DNA of 63,906 nt, the filler included, from a bacterium (GTDB lineage Bacteria; JADJOY01), in assembly GCA_046331705.1 (NCBI GenBank). It is 4 parts of 4 records of this genome, joined end to end, with 100 filler letters (N's around TTAATTAATTAA, not from the genome) between each part and the next. Parts side by side here need not be neighbours in the genome. Positions count along the whole stretch, not along the records: positions 17,835 to 33,730 come from JAXLQJ010000097.1; positions 33,831 to 48,845 come from JAXLQJ010000098.1; 2 more parts are not named here. One strand, written 5' to 3'. Shown here one piece after another: positions 29,980-40,918 of this stretch. The translations under genes were made by a program, and so were the position numbers. Each line of letters starts with the position of its first letter. The first letter of the stretch is position 1. The notes beneath the pieces were generated by a model, which had not been told where the DNA came from, searched no databases, and was given only the letters and a program-made list of their open reading frames with translations.

Positions 29980-31071
29980 TCAGTGATGAATCCGGATCGG
30001 CTGACGCTTGGCGCCCCATCGTCCAGGACGCGCGTCGAAGACTCCGGCGAGGGTAGCGCCACAGCTCACGCAGCGCGACCCGTCCAGGTTCCACGTGCCC
30101 AGGTCGTACCAGTCACGCTCGATCACCAGCTCGCCGCAGCGTGCGCAGTACGTGCTCTGGCCCTCCACGTCCCGGACGTTGCCCGTGTAGACGTGCTTGA
30201 GCCCCAGGTCCAGCGCGATGCGGCGCGCGCGCGTCAGCGTGGCCGCGGGCGTGGGCCGAAGCTCCGTCATCTTGAAGTCGGGATGGAACGCGGTGAAGTG
30301 CAGCGGCACCTCGGGGCCGAGGTTCGCGAGCACCCAGTCGCCGAGCCGCTTGATCTCCTCGCTCGAATCGTTGTGCGTGGGGATCAGAAGCGTGGTGATC
30401 TCGAACCACACGTGGCTCTCGTGCTTGAGCCATCGAAGGGTGTCGAGAACGGGATCCAGGTGGCCGAGGCAGAGCTTCCTGTAGAAATCCTCGGTGAAGG
30501 CCTTGAGATCCACGTTGGCCGCGTCCATGGGCGCGAAGAACGCGGGGCGTGCCTCGGCGGTGATGTAGCCGGCGGTGACGGCCACCGTGCGGACGCCCAC
30601 CTGGTGGCAGGCGACGGCCGTGTCGATGGCGTACTCGGCCCACAGCACGGGATCGTTGTAGGTGAACGCCACGCTCGCGCAGCCCGCGCGCACCGCCGCC
30701 CGCGCGATCGCCTCCGGCAGCGCGCGCTCGGAGAGTGTCTCCACCTCGCGCGCCTTCGAGATCGACCAGTTCTGGCAGAAGCGGCAGCCGAGGTTGCAAC
30801 CGGCGGTGCCGAAGCTCAGCACCGCGCTGCCCGGCAGGAAATGATTGAGCGGCTTCTTCTCGATGGGGTCCACGCAGAAACCGGTGGAGCGGCCGTAGGT
30901 GGTGAGCACCATCTGCCCGCCCACGTTCTGGCGCACGAAGCAGAACGCGCGCTGACCTTCCGCGAGCTCGCATTCGCGCGGACAGAGGTCGCAGTGGATC
31001 TTGTGCGTGCCTTCGAGCGGATGCCACCAGCGGCCGGCATGCACCGCTTCGCTCGGGATCGAGGCCGCCAT
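29980..31071 (-). CDS. amrS: AmmeMemoRadiSam system radical SAM enzyme
   Basis: N-terminal CDLCPREC...FCFVR, DPIEKKPLNHF, GCNLGCRFCQNW (CxxxCxxC), AFHPD and C-terminal Cys pairs. Confidence 0.9.
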   Translation of the reverse strand: MAASIPSEAVHAGRWWHPLEGTHKIHCDLCPRECELAEGQRAFCFVRQNVGGQMVLTTYGRSTGFCVDPIEKKPLNHFLPGSAVLSFGTAGCNLGCRFCQNWSISKAREVETLSERALPEAIARAAVRAGCASVAFTYNDPVLWAEYAIDTAVACHQVGVRTVAVTAGYITAEARPAFFAPMDAANVDLKAFTEDFYRKLCLGHLDPVLDTLRWLKHESHVWFEITTLLIPTHNDSSEEIKRLGDWVLANLGPEVPLHFTAFHPDFKMTELRPTPAATLTRARRIALDLGLKHVYTGNVRDVEGQSTYCARCGELVIERDWYDLGTWNLDGSRCVSCGATLAGVFDARPGRWGAKRQPIRIHH

Positions 31072-31326
31072 CGCGGTGGCAGTCTAGCGCGCACGAAGCC
31101 CTCGTCCACCGTTGTTTGCTCACCCGGCGGCGTCCGTCGCGGGCCGGCAAAGGCCCGTCCGACCGGGATTCGGGAGCGCGTCGGAACTCCCCGGAGCGCC
31201 GAGCTTCGACCAGCGGGACGCCGCGCGAGGAGGCGGCGATCGGGGATCGGACCACCCGCACCACCGCGACGCTTCCGGGCAGCGCCTCGAACCCCTGCCG
31301 CTCCTCCGCGGCCGCTTTCGATCTCC

Positions 31327-32139
31327 TCAGCGGGCGGCGTCGGTCCAGCGCACCACGATCCGGGCCAGGCGCCCGTCGTTCCGGATTCGCTCCAACGCCG
31401 CGTCGAGTGCCTGCCTGAGCAGATCGTCGCCGCGGCGCACGCCCCAGGCGAGCCGCTCGCGCGTGAGCGGCTCGCCCACGGCGACGAGATCGGACCCGGC
31501 GCGCGCGCGGGCGAGGGCCTCGACGATCGGGGCGTCGCACACCACCACGTCGAGACTGCCGTCGGCGAGATCGCTGGTCGCGTCGGTCACGGTGGCGTAC
31601 TCGCGCACCGGGGCGGGGGCGAGCCGGGCGCGAGCGTACTGCTCGCCAGTGCTCGAGCGCAGCACGCCCACTCGCGCGCCCGCGCCGCGAACCCGCTCGG
31701 GCGACGAAAGTGCCTCGGCATCGCTCCGCCGGACCAGCATGCGCTGTCCGGTGGTGAGGTAGGACTCGCTGAAATCGATCCGCAACGCGCGCAGCGGTGT
31801 CGCCGTGAGACCCGCCATCACCAGGTCCACGTCGCCGGCGCGCAGCGCCGCGATCAGCTCCTCGAACTCGTAGCCATGAATCTCGATGCCGCGGCCCAGC
31901 TCACGGGAGAGCTCGCGTGCGAGGTCGGGCTCGATGCCGACCATCGTTCCGTCGCGCTCGGCCGCGAAGGGAGGCGAGGTCGTGGGCATCCCGACGCGCA
32001 GCCGAGCGGCGTCGGCGTGCGCGGGTGCCTCGATTCGTCCCCGCACGGCGCCCGCGCATCCGGCGACGGCGCAGCCCAAGGCCACGACGAGCACGCCCCA
32101 AGCGCGAAAGCGCGTGCGAGCCGCCGAGCACCGAGTCAT
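31327..32139 (-). CDS. Amino-acid-type periplasmic solute-binding lipoprotein (SBP_bac_3)
   Basis: Lipobox VAGC, PPF...GIEPDLA, ALRAGDVDLVMAGLTAT, IDFSESY and DGRLARIVVRW. Confidence 0.88.
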   Translation of the reverse strand: MTRCSAARTRFRAWGVLVVALGCAVAGCAGAVRGRIEAPAHADAARLRVGMPTTSPPFAAERDGTMVGIEPDLARELSRELGRGIEIHGYEFEELIAALRAGDVDLVMAGLTATPLRALRIDFSESYLTTGQRMLVRRSDAEALSSPERVRGAGARVGVLRSSTGEQYARARLAPAPVREYATVTDATSDLADGSLDVVVCDAPIVEALARARAGSDLVAVGEPLTRERLAWGVRRGDDLLRQALDAALERIRNDGRLARIVVRWTDAAR

Positions 32140-33730
32140 CCGCCGTCGCCTCCGCGCGCCACGCCCTCGGGGCTCGTGGAGGGCACGCCGCGTAGATGCT
32201 CGTGAAGGATGCGGCGGACTTCCTCGATGGTGGCTGGCTCGGCTTGCGTGCTGTGCCCCGAGCGCACCACCAGCTCCGATGCCACGCCGTCGAGGTGCGC
32301 GCTGCGATACGCGACGACGCCGTCGTCACCATCGTGGACGCGCCCGTCGCCGGCGACGGCGATGATCGAATGGGCGACGATCGGGCGCTCGATCGGCATC
32401 GAGGCGAGGGCTCGGAGGAAGGCGTTGTCGGGGTCCATCTGGTCGACCGCCGTCCCGCCCGCGAAGCGCAGCTTGCGCTCGGCGACCAGCTTGGGGTTGC
32501 GCGTCGCGAGCTCGGCGCCGAGCCGCGTCACCGACTTGGGCAGCTCGACCAGGCTCGATGCGATCCAACCGATCACGCCGTGGGAGAGGAAGCTGCCGCG
32601 GTGGGGCGTCGCCACGAAGACCACCCGCCGCACGAACGGCAACGGCTCGAAGAACGTCGCGCGGCGCAGCTCGGCCCGCGTGCCTTCGCTCAGGTCGAGC
32701 GATTCGAGCGGCTCGTCGCTCACCAGATCCCAGAAGCGCGTGCCGCTTCGCACCGCCGTCAGCTTGGTGAGCAAGCCGCCCTGGCTATGACCGATCACGA
32801 CCATCTGCGTCAGCGCCGGATCGGAGCCCGCCGGATCCAGCTCGCGGACCGTCGACGTCAGCGACTCGCGCAGATCCGCGGCGGAGACCGCGATCGGGGC
32901 GCCGGTGTGATAGGTGAAGAACCAATACTGGTAGCGGCCGGCCAAGGCGGGATCGCCCAGGATCTCGTTCAGGACCTCGGACCAGCGCGCCGGGCTCGAT
33001 GCGGTGCCGTGCACGAAGACCACCGGGATTCGGCCGGGATGGTAGGGCGTGAGCATGGTGAGGCCACGGTCGGCTCGGTTGCCGACCAGCGGCAGGTCGC
33101 CCGACCGGAACCCCGCGATCTCGGTGTCCCAGACGGGTGATCCCTCCAGCCGATACGCGATGGCCGAGCTGGTCTCGAACTCGAGGGGCACGCACGTCCG
33201 TCCCATCGCCACACAGGAGCTCTCGCCTTCGTCGAAGCGTTCCAGGCGTCCTTGCAGCGCGCCTTCGTCGAGCCCACGGCGAAGATCGTCGACGCGTAGC
33301 AACATCGTGAACGGAACCTTGGTGTGGGGCGGGAACCAGCGGGCGGGGCCGCCGTCCGTGGCTCGCTCCTCGGCGTCGGTGGTGGCCGCGACCGGCGCGC
33401 CGATCCCCGGGCGACGATACCGGTTCCGCAGACCGCGCACGCGGTAGTCCGCGACCGCTTCGAAACGGACCAGCCTGCTCGCGCCCCAGCGGAAGAGCGC
33501 GGCATCGCTCTGCATGTCGAGGGTGCCGAACGGGAGCCTCAGGCGACGCGCCGAGAGATCCAGCTCGTGGCGGTCGGGGTCGGCGACCAACCCCGCCGCG
33601 AGGCCGCGGTTGTGGAGGTCGAGCGCCAAGCGGTAGCGCGGATCGCTCGGTTCCGGTCGGAGCGCCGCGTCGCTCGGAAACAGGAACGCGTAGGCATAGA
33701 GCGCCGCAGCGAGGAACCAGGGCGGATCGC
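32136..33730 (-). CDS. Alpha/beta hydrolase (lipase/esterase), 5' truncated
   Basis: VFVHGTASS, GHSQGG nucleophile elbow, ATPHRGS, DGVV and SGH. The frame is open to the gap. Confidence 0.88.
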
Positions 33731-33830
33731 NNNNNNNNNNNNNNNNNNNNNNNNNNNNNNNNNNNNNNNNNNNNTTAATTAATTAANNNNNNNNNNNNNN
33801 NNNNNNNNNNNNNNNNNNNNNNNNNNNNNN
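33731..33830. other. Artificial contig-join linker
   Basis: 44 N + TTAATTAATTAA + 44 N. Confidence 0.98.
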
Positions 33831-33838
33831 GTCGTGGG

Positions 33839-34795
33839 TCATCGGTGCTCGAGCAGCCACGGATGGCGCTCCAGGAATTCGACCGTGCGGATCACGCCGT
33901 CGCGGATCCTACCCGATGGTGCCCATCCCAGGGCGCAGAGCCGCGTGCAGTCGAGGTGGATGAGCGGGTTGTCGCCGGGCCAGCCCCGCTCGCCGCCGCG
34001 GTAGATCCGTCGCGGCGCGAGCCCGAGGTGGTCGCAGATCCAGCCGAGCGAATCGTCGACCGTCGCGACCTCGTCGCTGCCGACGTTGAGGATCTCGACC
34101 GGCCCGCGCGCGCGCGCGAGGGCCAGCACCATCGCGCCCACCGCGTCGCGCACGTCGAGATACGACTTGCGCTGGCGCCCGTCGCCGAGCACCTCGATCC
34201 AGTCGGGATGGGCGCGAAGCTGTCGCACGAAGTCGATGACGTGACCGTGGTGGTAGCGCTCGCCGAGGAGCGACACGAAGCGGAACACCAGCGCACGCAG
34301 CCCGAAGCCTTCCGCGTACGCTTGCACGTAGCCCTCGGCGGCGAGCTTGGACGCAGCGTAGAGGGAGGTCTGGACGGGGAACGGAGCGTCCTCGGGTGTG
34401 GGCACCACCGGGCACTCGCCGTAGATGGCGCCGGTCGAGGCGAGGGCGACGATGCGCGCGCTCGAAGCGCGCATCGCCTCGAGCACGTTCCAGGTGCCGA
34501 TCACGTTCTGCTCCAGGTCCGCGCGGGTGCGCGTGGTGCCGAAGCGCACGTCGGCGTTGGCGGCGAGGTGGAAGACCACCTCCGCGCCTTGCATCGCGTC
34601 CGCGAGCGCCGCCGCGTCGAGGACGTCGCCGGGAACGAGCCGGAACGCCGGGCTCGCCTCGACGGTGGCCAGGAACGAGCGATGACCGGTCGAGAGATTG
34701 TCGTAGCCGACCACCTCGTGACCGTCGGCCACCAGCCGCTCGACCAGGTGGCTGCCCACGAAGCCAGCGGCGCCGGTGACGAGGATGCGCGTCAC
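33839..34795 (-). CDS. NAD-dependent epimerase/dehydratase
   Basis: VTGAAGFVGSH, HLAAN, YAASK (YxxxK) and GDGRQRKSY. The GTG start overlaps the upstream stop. Confidence 0.93.
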   Translation of the reverse strand: MTRILVTGAAGFVGSHLVERLVADGHEVVGYDNLSTGHRSFLATVEASPAFRLVPGDVLDAAALADAMQGAEVVFHLAANADVRFGTTRTRADLEQNVIGTWNVLEAMRASSARIVALASTGAIYGECPVVPTPEDAPFPVQTSLYAASKLAAEGYVQAYAEGFGLRALVFRFVSLLGERYHHGHVIDFVRQLRAHPDWIEVLGDGRQRKSYLDVRDAVGAMVLALARARGPVEILNVGSDEVATVDDSLGWICDHLGLAPRRIYRGGERGWPGDNPLIHLDCTRLCALGWAPSGRIRDGVIRTVEFLERHPWLLEHR

Positions 34796-35532
34796 GGGGA
34801 TAGGCCGGCCGGGCCGACGTGCAACGCGCGGTGGATGCGAACGAGGTCGCGCAAGTTCCGCGCGTTGCCGCGAATGAGCTCGAGCCGGCTGTCGCCGTCG
34901 TCGCGCCAACGCACCGGCACCTCGCGAATGCTGCACCCGGCCCGTCGCGCCAGCGCCAGGATCTCGACGTCGAACATGTAGCCATCGGTGCGGGCGCGCG
35001 CGAAGAGCGCGCGGGCCACGTCGGCGCGGAAGAACTTGAACCCGCACTGGGTATCGCTCAGGTCGGAGAGCCCGGCGGTCCGCACCAGCGCTCGAAAGCC
35101 GCGCGAGCCGAGACGCCGATACCAGCGCTGCTCGCGCTCGATGCGCGCGCCGGGAGCGTGACGGGTGCCGATCACGACGTCCTCGCCCGCATCGAGCCAG
35201 CGCGCCACGGACTCGTACTCGGCGATGGGGGTCTTGCCGTCGGCGTCGGCGTAGCCGATGCGCGCGTAGCGAGCGATCGCGGCTCCACGCCGGATCGCAT
35301 GCCCCTTGCCGAGACGGTCGCGGCTCTCGATCACGATCACCGTGCCGTCGCCGGGGGCGGCGCGACGCGCCTCGTCCGCGGTGGCGTCGGTGCCGTCCGC
35401 GACCACCACCAGCTCGAAGGGATCGCCGCGCGCGGCGAAGAACTCGTGCAGCTCGCGAAGCTGAGCGGCGATGGTCCGCCCCTCCTCGTAGGCCGGCAGG
35501 ATCAGGCTCAGCGAACGTTGGGGCGGATGCAT
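34792..35532 (-). CDS. GT2 dolichyl-phosphate-glucose-synthase-like glycosyltransferase
   Basis: LILPAYEE, GKGHAIRRG, DADG, DTQCGFKFF and FDVEIL. Confidence 0.9.
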   Translation of the reverse strand: MHPPQRSLSLILPAYEEGRTIAAQLRELHEFFAARGDPFELVVVADGTDATADEARRAAPGDGTVIVIESRDRLGKGHAIRRGAAIARYARIGYADADGKTPIAEYESVARWLDAGEDVVIGTRHAPGARIEREQRWYRRLGSRGFRALVRTAGLSDLSDTQCGFKFFRADVARALFARARTDGYMFDVEILALARRAGCSIREVPVRWRDDGDSRLELIRGNARNLRDLVRIHRALHVGPAGLSP

Positions 35533-35706
35533 TCGTGACGAGGAAGGGGAAGCGCATTCTACGAGTGCCTCGCGCCGAGTTCCACCCACGCGAGCCGCCG
35601 CGCGCGGGCGGAGGTGCGGCGCGGTCGGCGCGCGGGCGCCGCGCGGAGTTGGTTCACCGGTTGGCGTGTGAGAGGATCGGCGGCCCTCGCGCGCCAGGAA
35701 TCCTCG

Positions 35707-37410
35707 ATGACCGTGCCAGCGCAAGAGCGCGACGGCGAAGTTTCGATTCGCGAAAGCCCTGGGCGCGCCGCGACGGCGCTGCTCGAGCGCTGGGCGACGA
35801 TCCTCGTGGTGCTCTACGGCAGCGCACGGCTGGCGCTGCTCGCCTTCAGCGATCTTCACGCGCGCAGCCTGTTCTTCGCGGCCCCCGACGACGCGTTCTA
35901 CTACCTTCAAATCGCCTGGAACCTGAGCCGGGGACTGGGGAGCACGTTCGACGGCATCCACCTCACCAACGGCTACCAGCCCGCGTGGTGCCTGCTGTTG
36001 GTGCCGGTGGCGTGGCTCGCACGGAGCCGCGCCGCCTTGTTCGATGCCTCGATCGGGCTCGCGTGCGTGTTGCACGTGGGCGCCGGCGTGGTGCTGGTGA
36101 GCGTGGCGCGACGATTGTTCGCCGGTGGGTGGCCCGTGCTCGTGGCCTTGGCGTGGTTCGCCAGCCCGCGCCTCGACAACTTCGTGCACCTCGAGTCGCC
36201 GCTCAACGCGCTGAGCCTCGCGCTGGTGCTGCTTGCCGCGATCGACGTCGCTCGCGACGAACCGGCGGCGACGCGCGCCACGCCCTCGAGCGTCGATCGT
36301 CGCGCACGGGATTGGGCGCGCCTCGGTGTGGCGCTCGCGTTCGCGAGCCTGACGCGGCTCGACAACGCGATCTTCGTGCCGATCGCCGTTCTTGCCGCTT
36401 GGCTCGGCGAGCCGGGGGACGTCCGGTCGCGGCTCCGCGCGGCGATGCGGGTCGCGCTTCCCGCCGCGCTCACGCTCGCGACCTACGCGCTGGTGAATCG
36501 CGCCTACATCGGCGCCTGGCTGCCGGTGAGCGGAACGCTCAAGGCCGAGATGCTCCGGAGCGAGATCCGCAACTTGCTCCTGGGGCCGGGCTGGACCGCG
36601 ATACCGGGATTCTTGTCGAAGCAGCTCGGCATCGCCGTGATGGCGGGACCCGGGGCCGGGGTCGCGTCGTGGGTGTTCGGGGCTGTGTGGGTCGAGCACC
36701 GCGCTTCGATGGTCGTGCCGGTGGCGCTCGTGGTCGCGGCGATCCTCGCCTGTCGCGCGGGCTGGACCCGTTCGCCGAAGCTCGCGCGAGCGTGGCTGGC
36801 GACCCTGCTCGGCATCGGCGCCCACTTCGTCTTCATGCTGTGCATGGTCGGCAGCTTTCCCCGCGAATGGCACTTCATCCCCGAGGTGATGGTGCTGATC
36901 CTCGCCGCGGGGATCGGCGTGCCGCGGATGATCGCGGCGTGCGCGCCGTGGAAGGCTCGCGGCGGCAGCTGGGCGCGCGTGGCGCTCACGGCGTTGCTCG
37001 CGACGGCGGTGGGCTGGCGTGTCCACGAGGGATATGCGAGCGCGCGGTCGTCGTTCGAGTGGGGCCACCTGATGCGCAACGATCAGCTCGCCATGGGCCG
37101 CTACTGGGGCGGGCAGCTCCCGGCGGGAACGCGCGTGGGAGCGTGGAACGCCGGTTACCTCGCCTACTTCTCCGACCTCCAGGTCGTGAACCTCGACGGC
37201 CTCGTGAACGAGCCGAGCTTCGCGGCGCAGATCGCCGACGATCGCTGGCTCGAGTACTGCCAGCGCAAGGGCATCGCGTACGTCATCGACACGTGGGGCG
37301 GCGCGTTCGATCTGCTGGCGAAGCAGACCGAGATCGCTGCGCGGCGGCATTTCAGCCCCGACAGCCGGTTCGAGTACGTGATGCTGCGGATTCCGTCTCC
37401 GTCGGGCTGA
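35707..37410 (+). CDS. GT-C-like membrane glycosyltransferase
   Basis: PDDAFYYLQIAWN...STFDGIHLTNGYQP loop, many TMs, and C-terminal NAGYLAYFSD...NLDGLVN. Confidence 0.75.
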   Translation: MTVPAQERDGEVSIRESPGRAATALLERWATILVVLYGSARLALLAFSDLHARSLFFAAPDDAFYYLQIAWNLSRGLGSTFDGIHLTNGYQPAWCLLLVPVAWLARSRAALFDASIGLACVLHVGAGVVLVSVARRLFAGGWPVLVALAWFASPRLDNFVHLESPLNALSLALVLLAAIDVARDEPAATRATPSSVDRRARDWARLGVALAFASLTRLDNAIFVPIAVLAAWLGEPGDVRSRLRAAMRVALPAALTLATYALVNRAYIGAWLPVSGTLKAEMLRSEIRNLLLGPGWTAIPGFLSKQLGIAVMAGPGAGVASWVFGAVWVEHRASMVVPVALVVAAILACRAGWTRSPKLARAWLATLLGIGAHFVFMLCMVGSFPREWHFIPEVMVLILAAGIGVPRMIAACAPWKARGGSWARVALTALLATAVGWRVHEGYASARSSFEWGHLMRNDQLAMGRYWGGQLPAGTRVGAWNAGYLAYFSDLQVVNLDGLVNEPSFAAQIADDRWLEYCQRKGIAYVIDTWGGAFDLLAKQTEIAARRHFSPDSRFEYVMLRIPSPSG

Positions 37411-37474
37411 GCCCACGACGCGATCCCCGCTCGAGCGGCGGCGGGCGGCGCGCGCGACGAATACCCGCGGAAGC

Positions 37475-39469
37475 TCAGGATGGATCGAGCGGGATGACGT
37501 CGAGCGTGCTGGGCGCGGCCGCGCGCGGTAGACCTGCCGCGGGCACGGTCACGTCGAAGAGGCTCAGGAAGAGCCGCTTGGCCGGGTTGCTGCCGTCGAT
37601 GCGCAGCGGATGCTCGCCGGCGGGAAGCGCGGCGGGTACCTCGAAGCCGCTGCGAACGGGCCACGGCAGCGCCGGCGCGCCCGCGCAATCCGCCTGATAC
37701 GCGACCACGTCCGCCACCGTCACCCGTTCGATGCAGACGTGGGTGTCGAGGACCAGCAAGATGCGCTCGCCGTCGTGCTTCGTGACGGTGCCCTCGACGC
37801 GGATCGAGCCGGGTTCGCCCGAGCCGTAGGAGGTGAGGTCCTGGCGCTCGACACGCTCGCCGTCGCGGAACACGCGGATCGTCTCCGGCGCCAGGCTGCG
37901 GCGGTGCTCGAAGAGCGCCAGGCCGCCGCGCCATCCGAGGGATTCGAGAAAGTGCAGCACGGCGTCGTCGAGCACGTCCGTGGGGGCGACCACCAGGAAC
38001 CGGTTGGGCGGGGCGGCGGGCCGGGTCGCGGCGTCTGCCGTCCGCGGGGTCGCGCGTTCCAGCATGTAGTAGATCCCTTCGAGCTCCTGGCCGCCGCCGG
38101 CGAGCGCCACCTGGTCGAACGCGCTCGGCAGCACGCCGTGCCGCGCGAGCGCGTCGGCGATCGACTGCTCAGGACCGAGCGCCAACTTTCCCGCCACCAG
38201 GAATCCCGTCTCCACCGCTTGCTGGAAGCGATGGATCGTCCAGCAGCCGCTCGCCGCCGCGGCGCTCGCGATCGCCAGCGACACCACCGCGAGCGGCACG
38301 CGCGCGACGCGTTCGGCTCGTCCGAGCGCACGCCATCCAGCGCCGAACGCGAGCCAGCCCACGGCGAGCGCCGCCAGCAGCTGCGGCGCCGGATAGACCA
38401 CCGCCAGGTGCCGAGCGTAGACCTCGGACCGCTGCGTCCAGAGGAACGCCACCGGCGCCACCAGCCACGCGGCGATCACCGCGAGCTTCGCGGCGCGCGC
38501 ACGCTCGTGCTTCGCGCCGAGCGCGCCGCGAACGGCGCCCGCCGCCGCGAGCAGCACACCGAGCGCGACCAGCGCGGAGGTCGCCGCGCCGACCTGGTGC
38601 ACCCAGCGCGGTGTGTCGATGTCGGGTGTCTGTCCCGTGCGGTAGAGGATCTGGTGCAGCAACGCGAGCACGGTCGCGCCGGCCCGCTCGGGCGCCACGC
38701 CCACGCTGTCGCCAGTCGCCACGCTCAGCATCGCGCGCAGGTCCGGGAATCCCTCGGTGATCTGCGCGTGGAGGAAGGGCGCGTAGATCGCGGCACCCGC
38801 CAGCAGCCCCGCGAGCCACGCGCGCGGCGCGAGGCGCGCCCCGGCGAGCACGGCGACCAGGATCGGGAAGAACACGATGGTGGTGATGTGGAACTGCATC
38901 GCCGCGGCCAGCGACGCGCACGCGACCACCGCCCAGCCGAGCGAGCGACTCTCGAGCACCTCCGCGAGCGCCAGGAAGAAGAGCGGCACCACCGGAGCCA
39001 GGAACGAATGGTCCATGAGCTCGCGAGACAAGAAGAACGGATAGGGCGAGGTGGCGTAGAGCAAGCACGCGATCGCGCCGACGCCGCGACCGAGGTGTCG
39101 TTCGCCGAGACGAAAGAGCGACGGGAAGCTGGTGAGCCCGAGCAGCACGAAGGCGATCAGCGGCCCGCGAACCGGTCCGGCGAGCGGCCTGGTGATCGCC
39201 ACCAGCGGCGTCATCACGTAGTACTCGAGCGGGCCGAGCGTCCCCCACTCGAAGAGGCCCGGCCCGATGTCCGGCCCGCGCCGTGGGAAATGGCGGCCAT
39301 CGAGGATGCCCTCGACCATGCGCAGCACGCTCACCTGGTCGACGCAAAACGGCGCCAGATCGAGCCGCGCGAGCCGCACGACCGCGGCGACCAGCAGCGC
39401 GACCACGAACGCCAGCTTCGCGACCGGAACGCCCGCCGGTGGAGCTTGCGTGTGGGTGGAGTCGCGCAA
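37475..39469 (-). CDS. ArnT/PMT-like (GT-C) membrane glycosyltransferase with C-terminal soluble domain
   Basis: TM1 then a DQ...GP...LGPLEYY loop, LYATSP, AMQFH and multiple TMs. Confidence 0.72.
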   Translation of the reverse strand: MRDSTHTQAPPAGVPVAKLAFVVALLVAAVVRLARLDLAPFCVDQVSVLRMVEGILDGRHFPRRGPDIGPGLFEWGTLGPLEYYVMTPLVAITRPLAGPVRGPLIAFVLLGLTSFPSLFRLGERHLGRGVGAIACLLYATSPYPFFLSRELMDHSFLAPVVPLFFLALAEVLESRSLGWAVVACASLAAAMQFHITTIVFFPILVAVLAGARLAPRAWLAGLLAGAAIYAPFLHAQITEGFPDLRAMLSVATGDSVGVAPERAGATVLALLHQILYRTGQTPDIDTPRWVHQVGAATSALVALGVLLAAAGAVRGALGAKHERARAAKLAVIAAWLVAPVAFLWTQRSEVYARHLAVVYPAPQLLAALAVGWLAFGAGWRALGRAERVARVPLAVVSLAIASAAAASGCWTIHRFQQAVETGFLVAGKLALGPEQSIADALARHGVLPSAFDQVALAGGGQELEGIYYMLERATPRTADAATRPAAPPNRFLVVAPTDVLDDAVLHFLESLGWRGGLALFEHRRSLAPETIRVFRDGERVERQDLTSYGSGEPGSIRVEGTVTKHDGERILLVLDTHVCIERVTVADVVAYQADCAGAPALPWPVRSGFEVPAALPAGEHPLRIDGSNPAKRLFLSLFDVTVPAAGLPRAAAPSTLDVIPLDPS

Positions 39470-39729
39470 GGGCTACGATCCCCGAGGCTTCGACGCGGCG
39501 ACGCTCGCTCGCGGCTCGCGCCAGCACGCGCCGCGTGGCGATCTCGCCCGCGCGCGCTAGACCCCCGCGCGCTCCCGCGGATCGGTCCGACGAATGGGGC
39601 CGACACTCATAGCAGAAGCGGCCCGCGCGGAGCCAGCGTGGGCGCCCGCAGGCGCCCACGCGTCCGCGCCACCGGATCACGGCGCCGCTGGCGCCTGCCC
39701 TCGAACCGGTCGACGGCTCGGCGTGGGAA

Positions 39730-40695
39730 TCAGCCGCCGAGCACGGTTCGCCAGACGTCGCGATAGATGGGTTGACCGAGCGTGGTCGGAGTGTCGGAGT
39801 CCACGGCGGTCGAGTTGTGGGGACGCGACACCGAAAGCGCCGTCTCGAGCTGGTGCGCACCGCCATAGGGCGCCGCCGTGTTGTCCACCAGCACGCGATC
39901 CGCGGCGCTGCCCATGCCCAGCGATTGCCAGTTGGTGGCGATGTCGGCGAACGCGGGGTCGGACTCGTGCGCGAAGCCGAAGTAACGGTTCGCCGGCGTC
40001 TCGTTGGCGGTGTTGATCCACGGCGCGGACACGCCGTCGACGGCGTCGATCGGTGCGGAGAACATCGCGACGCGCGACACGGTGCGGATCTTCGCGATCA
40101 TCGCGGCCTCGCCGCCGCCTTGGGAATGTCCCGCGACCGTGATGGCGCCGTAGCGCAGCGCGCCGTTCGCCAGGAACTCGTCCCAGCCCTCGTTCGGGAA
40201 GTTGGCGGCCAGGTATTGGAGCAGCCGCACCGTGCGATTCTCGATGGAGTTGGCGGCGTCCACCGAGACGCGGTCGCTGCGGTCGACGCCGTCGAAGATC
40301 TCGAGGCGCACCGGCTCGTAGCAGGCGGGATCACCGTCGCAGAGCGTCGCGACCGACTCCGAGTTGGGATAGGCGAGGCCGATGGCGTGATAGCCGATCG
40401 CGGCGGCCGCAGCGAGCAGCCGCTGGTAGGCGCGCGGCTCCGCGTCCGTGCCTGGCAGGAAGAGCAGCAGCTTGCCGTTGGGAGCGACCGCGGTCTCCAG
40501 GAACGTCTGATGCGAGTCGAACGACGACGAGATCGCGGGATCGGTGCTGCTGGGATCGATCACGTGCACCAACATGGTGTCGGGCGTGGGTGTCGGCGTG
40601 GACGTGGAGCTGCTGGATCCGCAGCCGAGGGGCGATCCCAACGGCACGAGCAGCGTGAGCAACAGCAACGAACGACGGGTGGATCGGCGAGGCAT
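39730..40695 (-). CDS. Lipoprotein alpha/beta hydrolase
   Basis: Lipobox PLGC, Ser/Thr/Pro linker, LFLPGT, GHSQGG, HESD and PHNS. Confidence 0.8.
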   Translation of the reverse strand: MPRRSTRRSLLLLTLLVPLGSPLGCGSSSSTSTPTPTPDTMLVHVIDPSSTDPAISSSFDSHQTFLETAVAPNGKLLLFLPGTDAEPRAYQRLLAAAAAIGYHAIGLAYPNSESVATLCDGDPACYEPVRLEIFDGVDRSDRVSVDAANSIENRTVRLLQYLAANFPNEGWDEFLANGALRYGAITVAGHSQGGGEAAMIAKIRTVSRVAMFSAPIDAVDGVSAPWINTANETPANRYFGFAHESDPAFADIATNWQSLGMGSAADRVLVDNTAAPYGGAHQLETALSVSRPHNSTAVDSDTPTTLGQPIYRDVWRTVLGG

Positions 40696-40918
40696 GAAGC
40701 GCTCTCCAGTCGGGAGATGAACGAGGTTGCGAGCGGGAACGGGATGGGCCACGCGTACCCTGGACAGGTGCGGGGGGGGCGTACGTCTTGGACGGGCCGC
40801 GGGCGCCGGAAATTCGCTCGCCGTGGCGCGCCGCGGCAAGCAGTGCGGGACGATCCGAGGTAGCCTTCACGGGCGACCCGACGCTCCGGGCATCCTCGTA
40901 CCCGAAGGAGGTGAAGCG

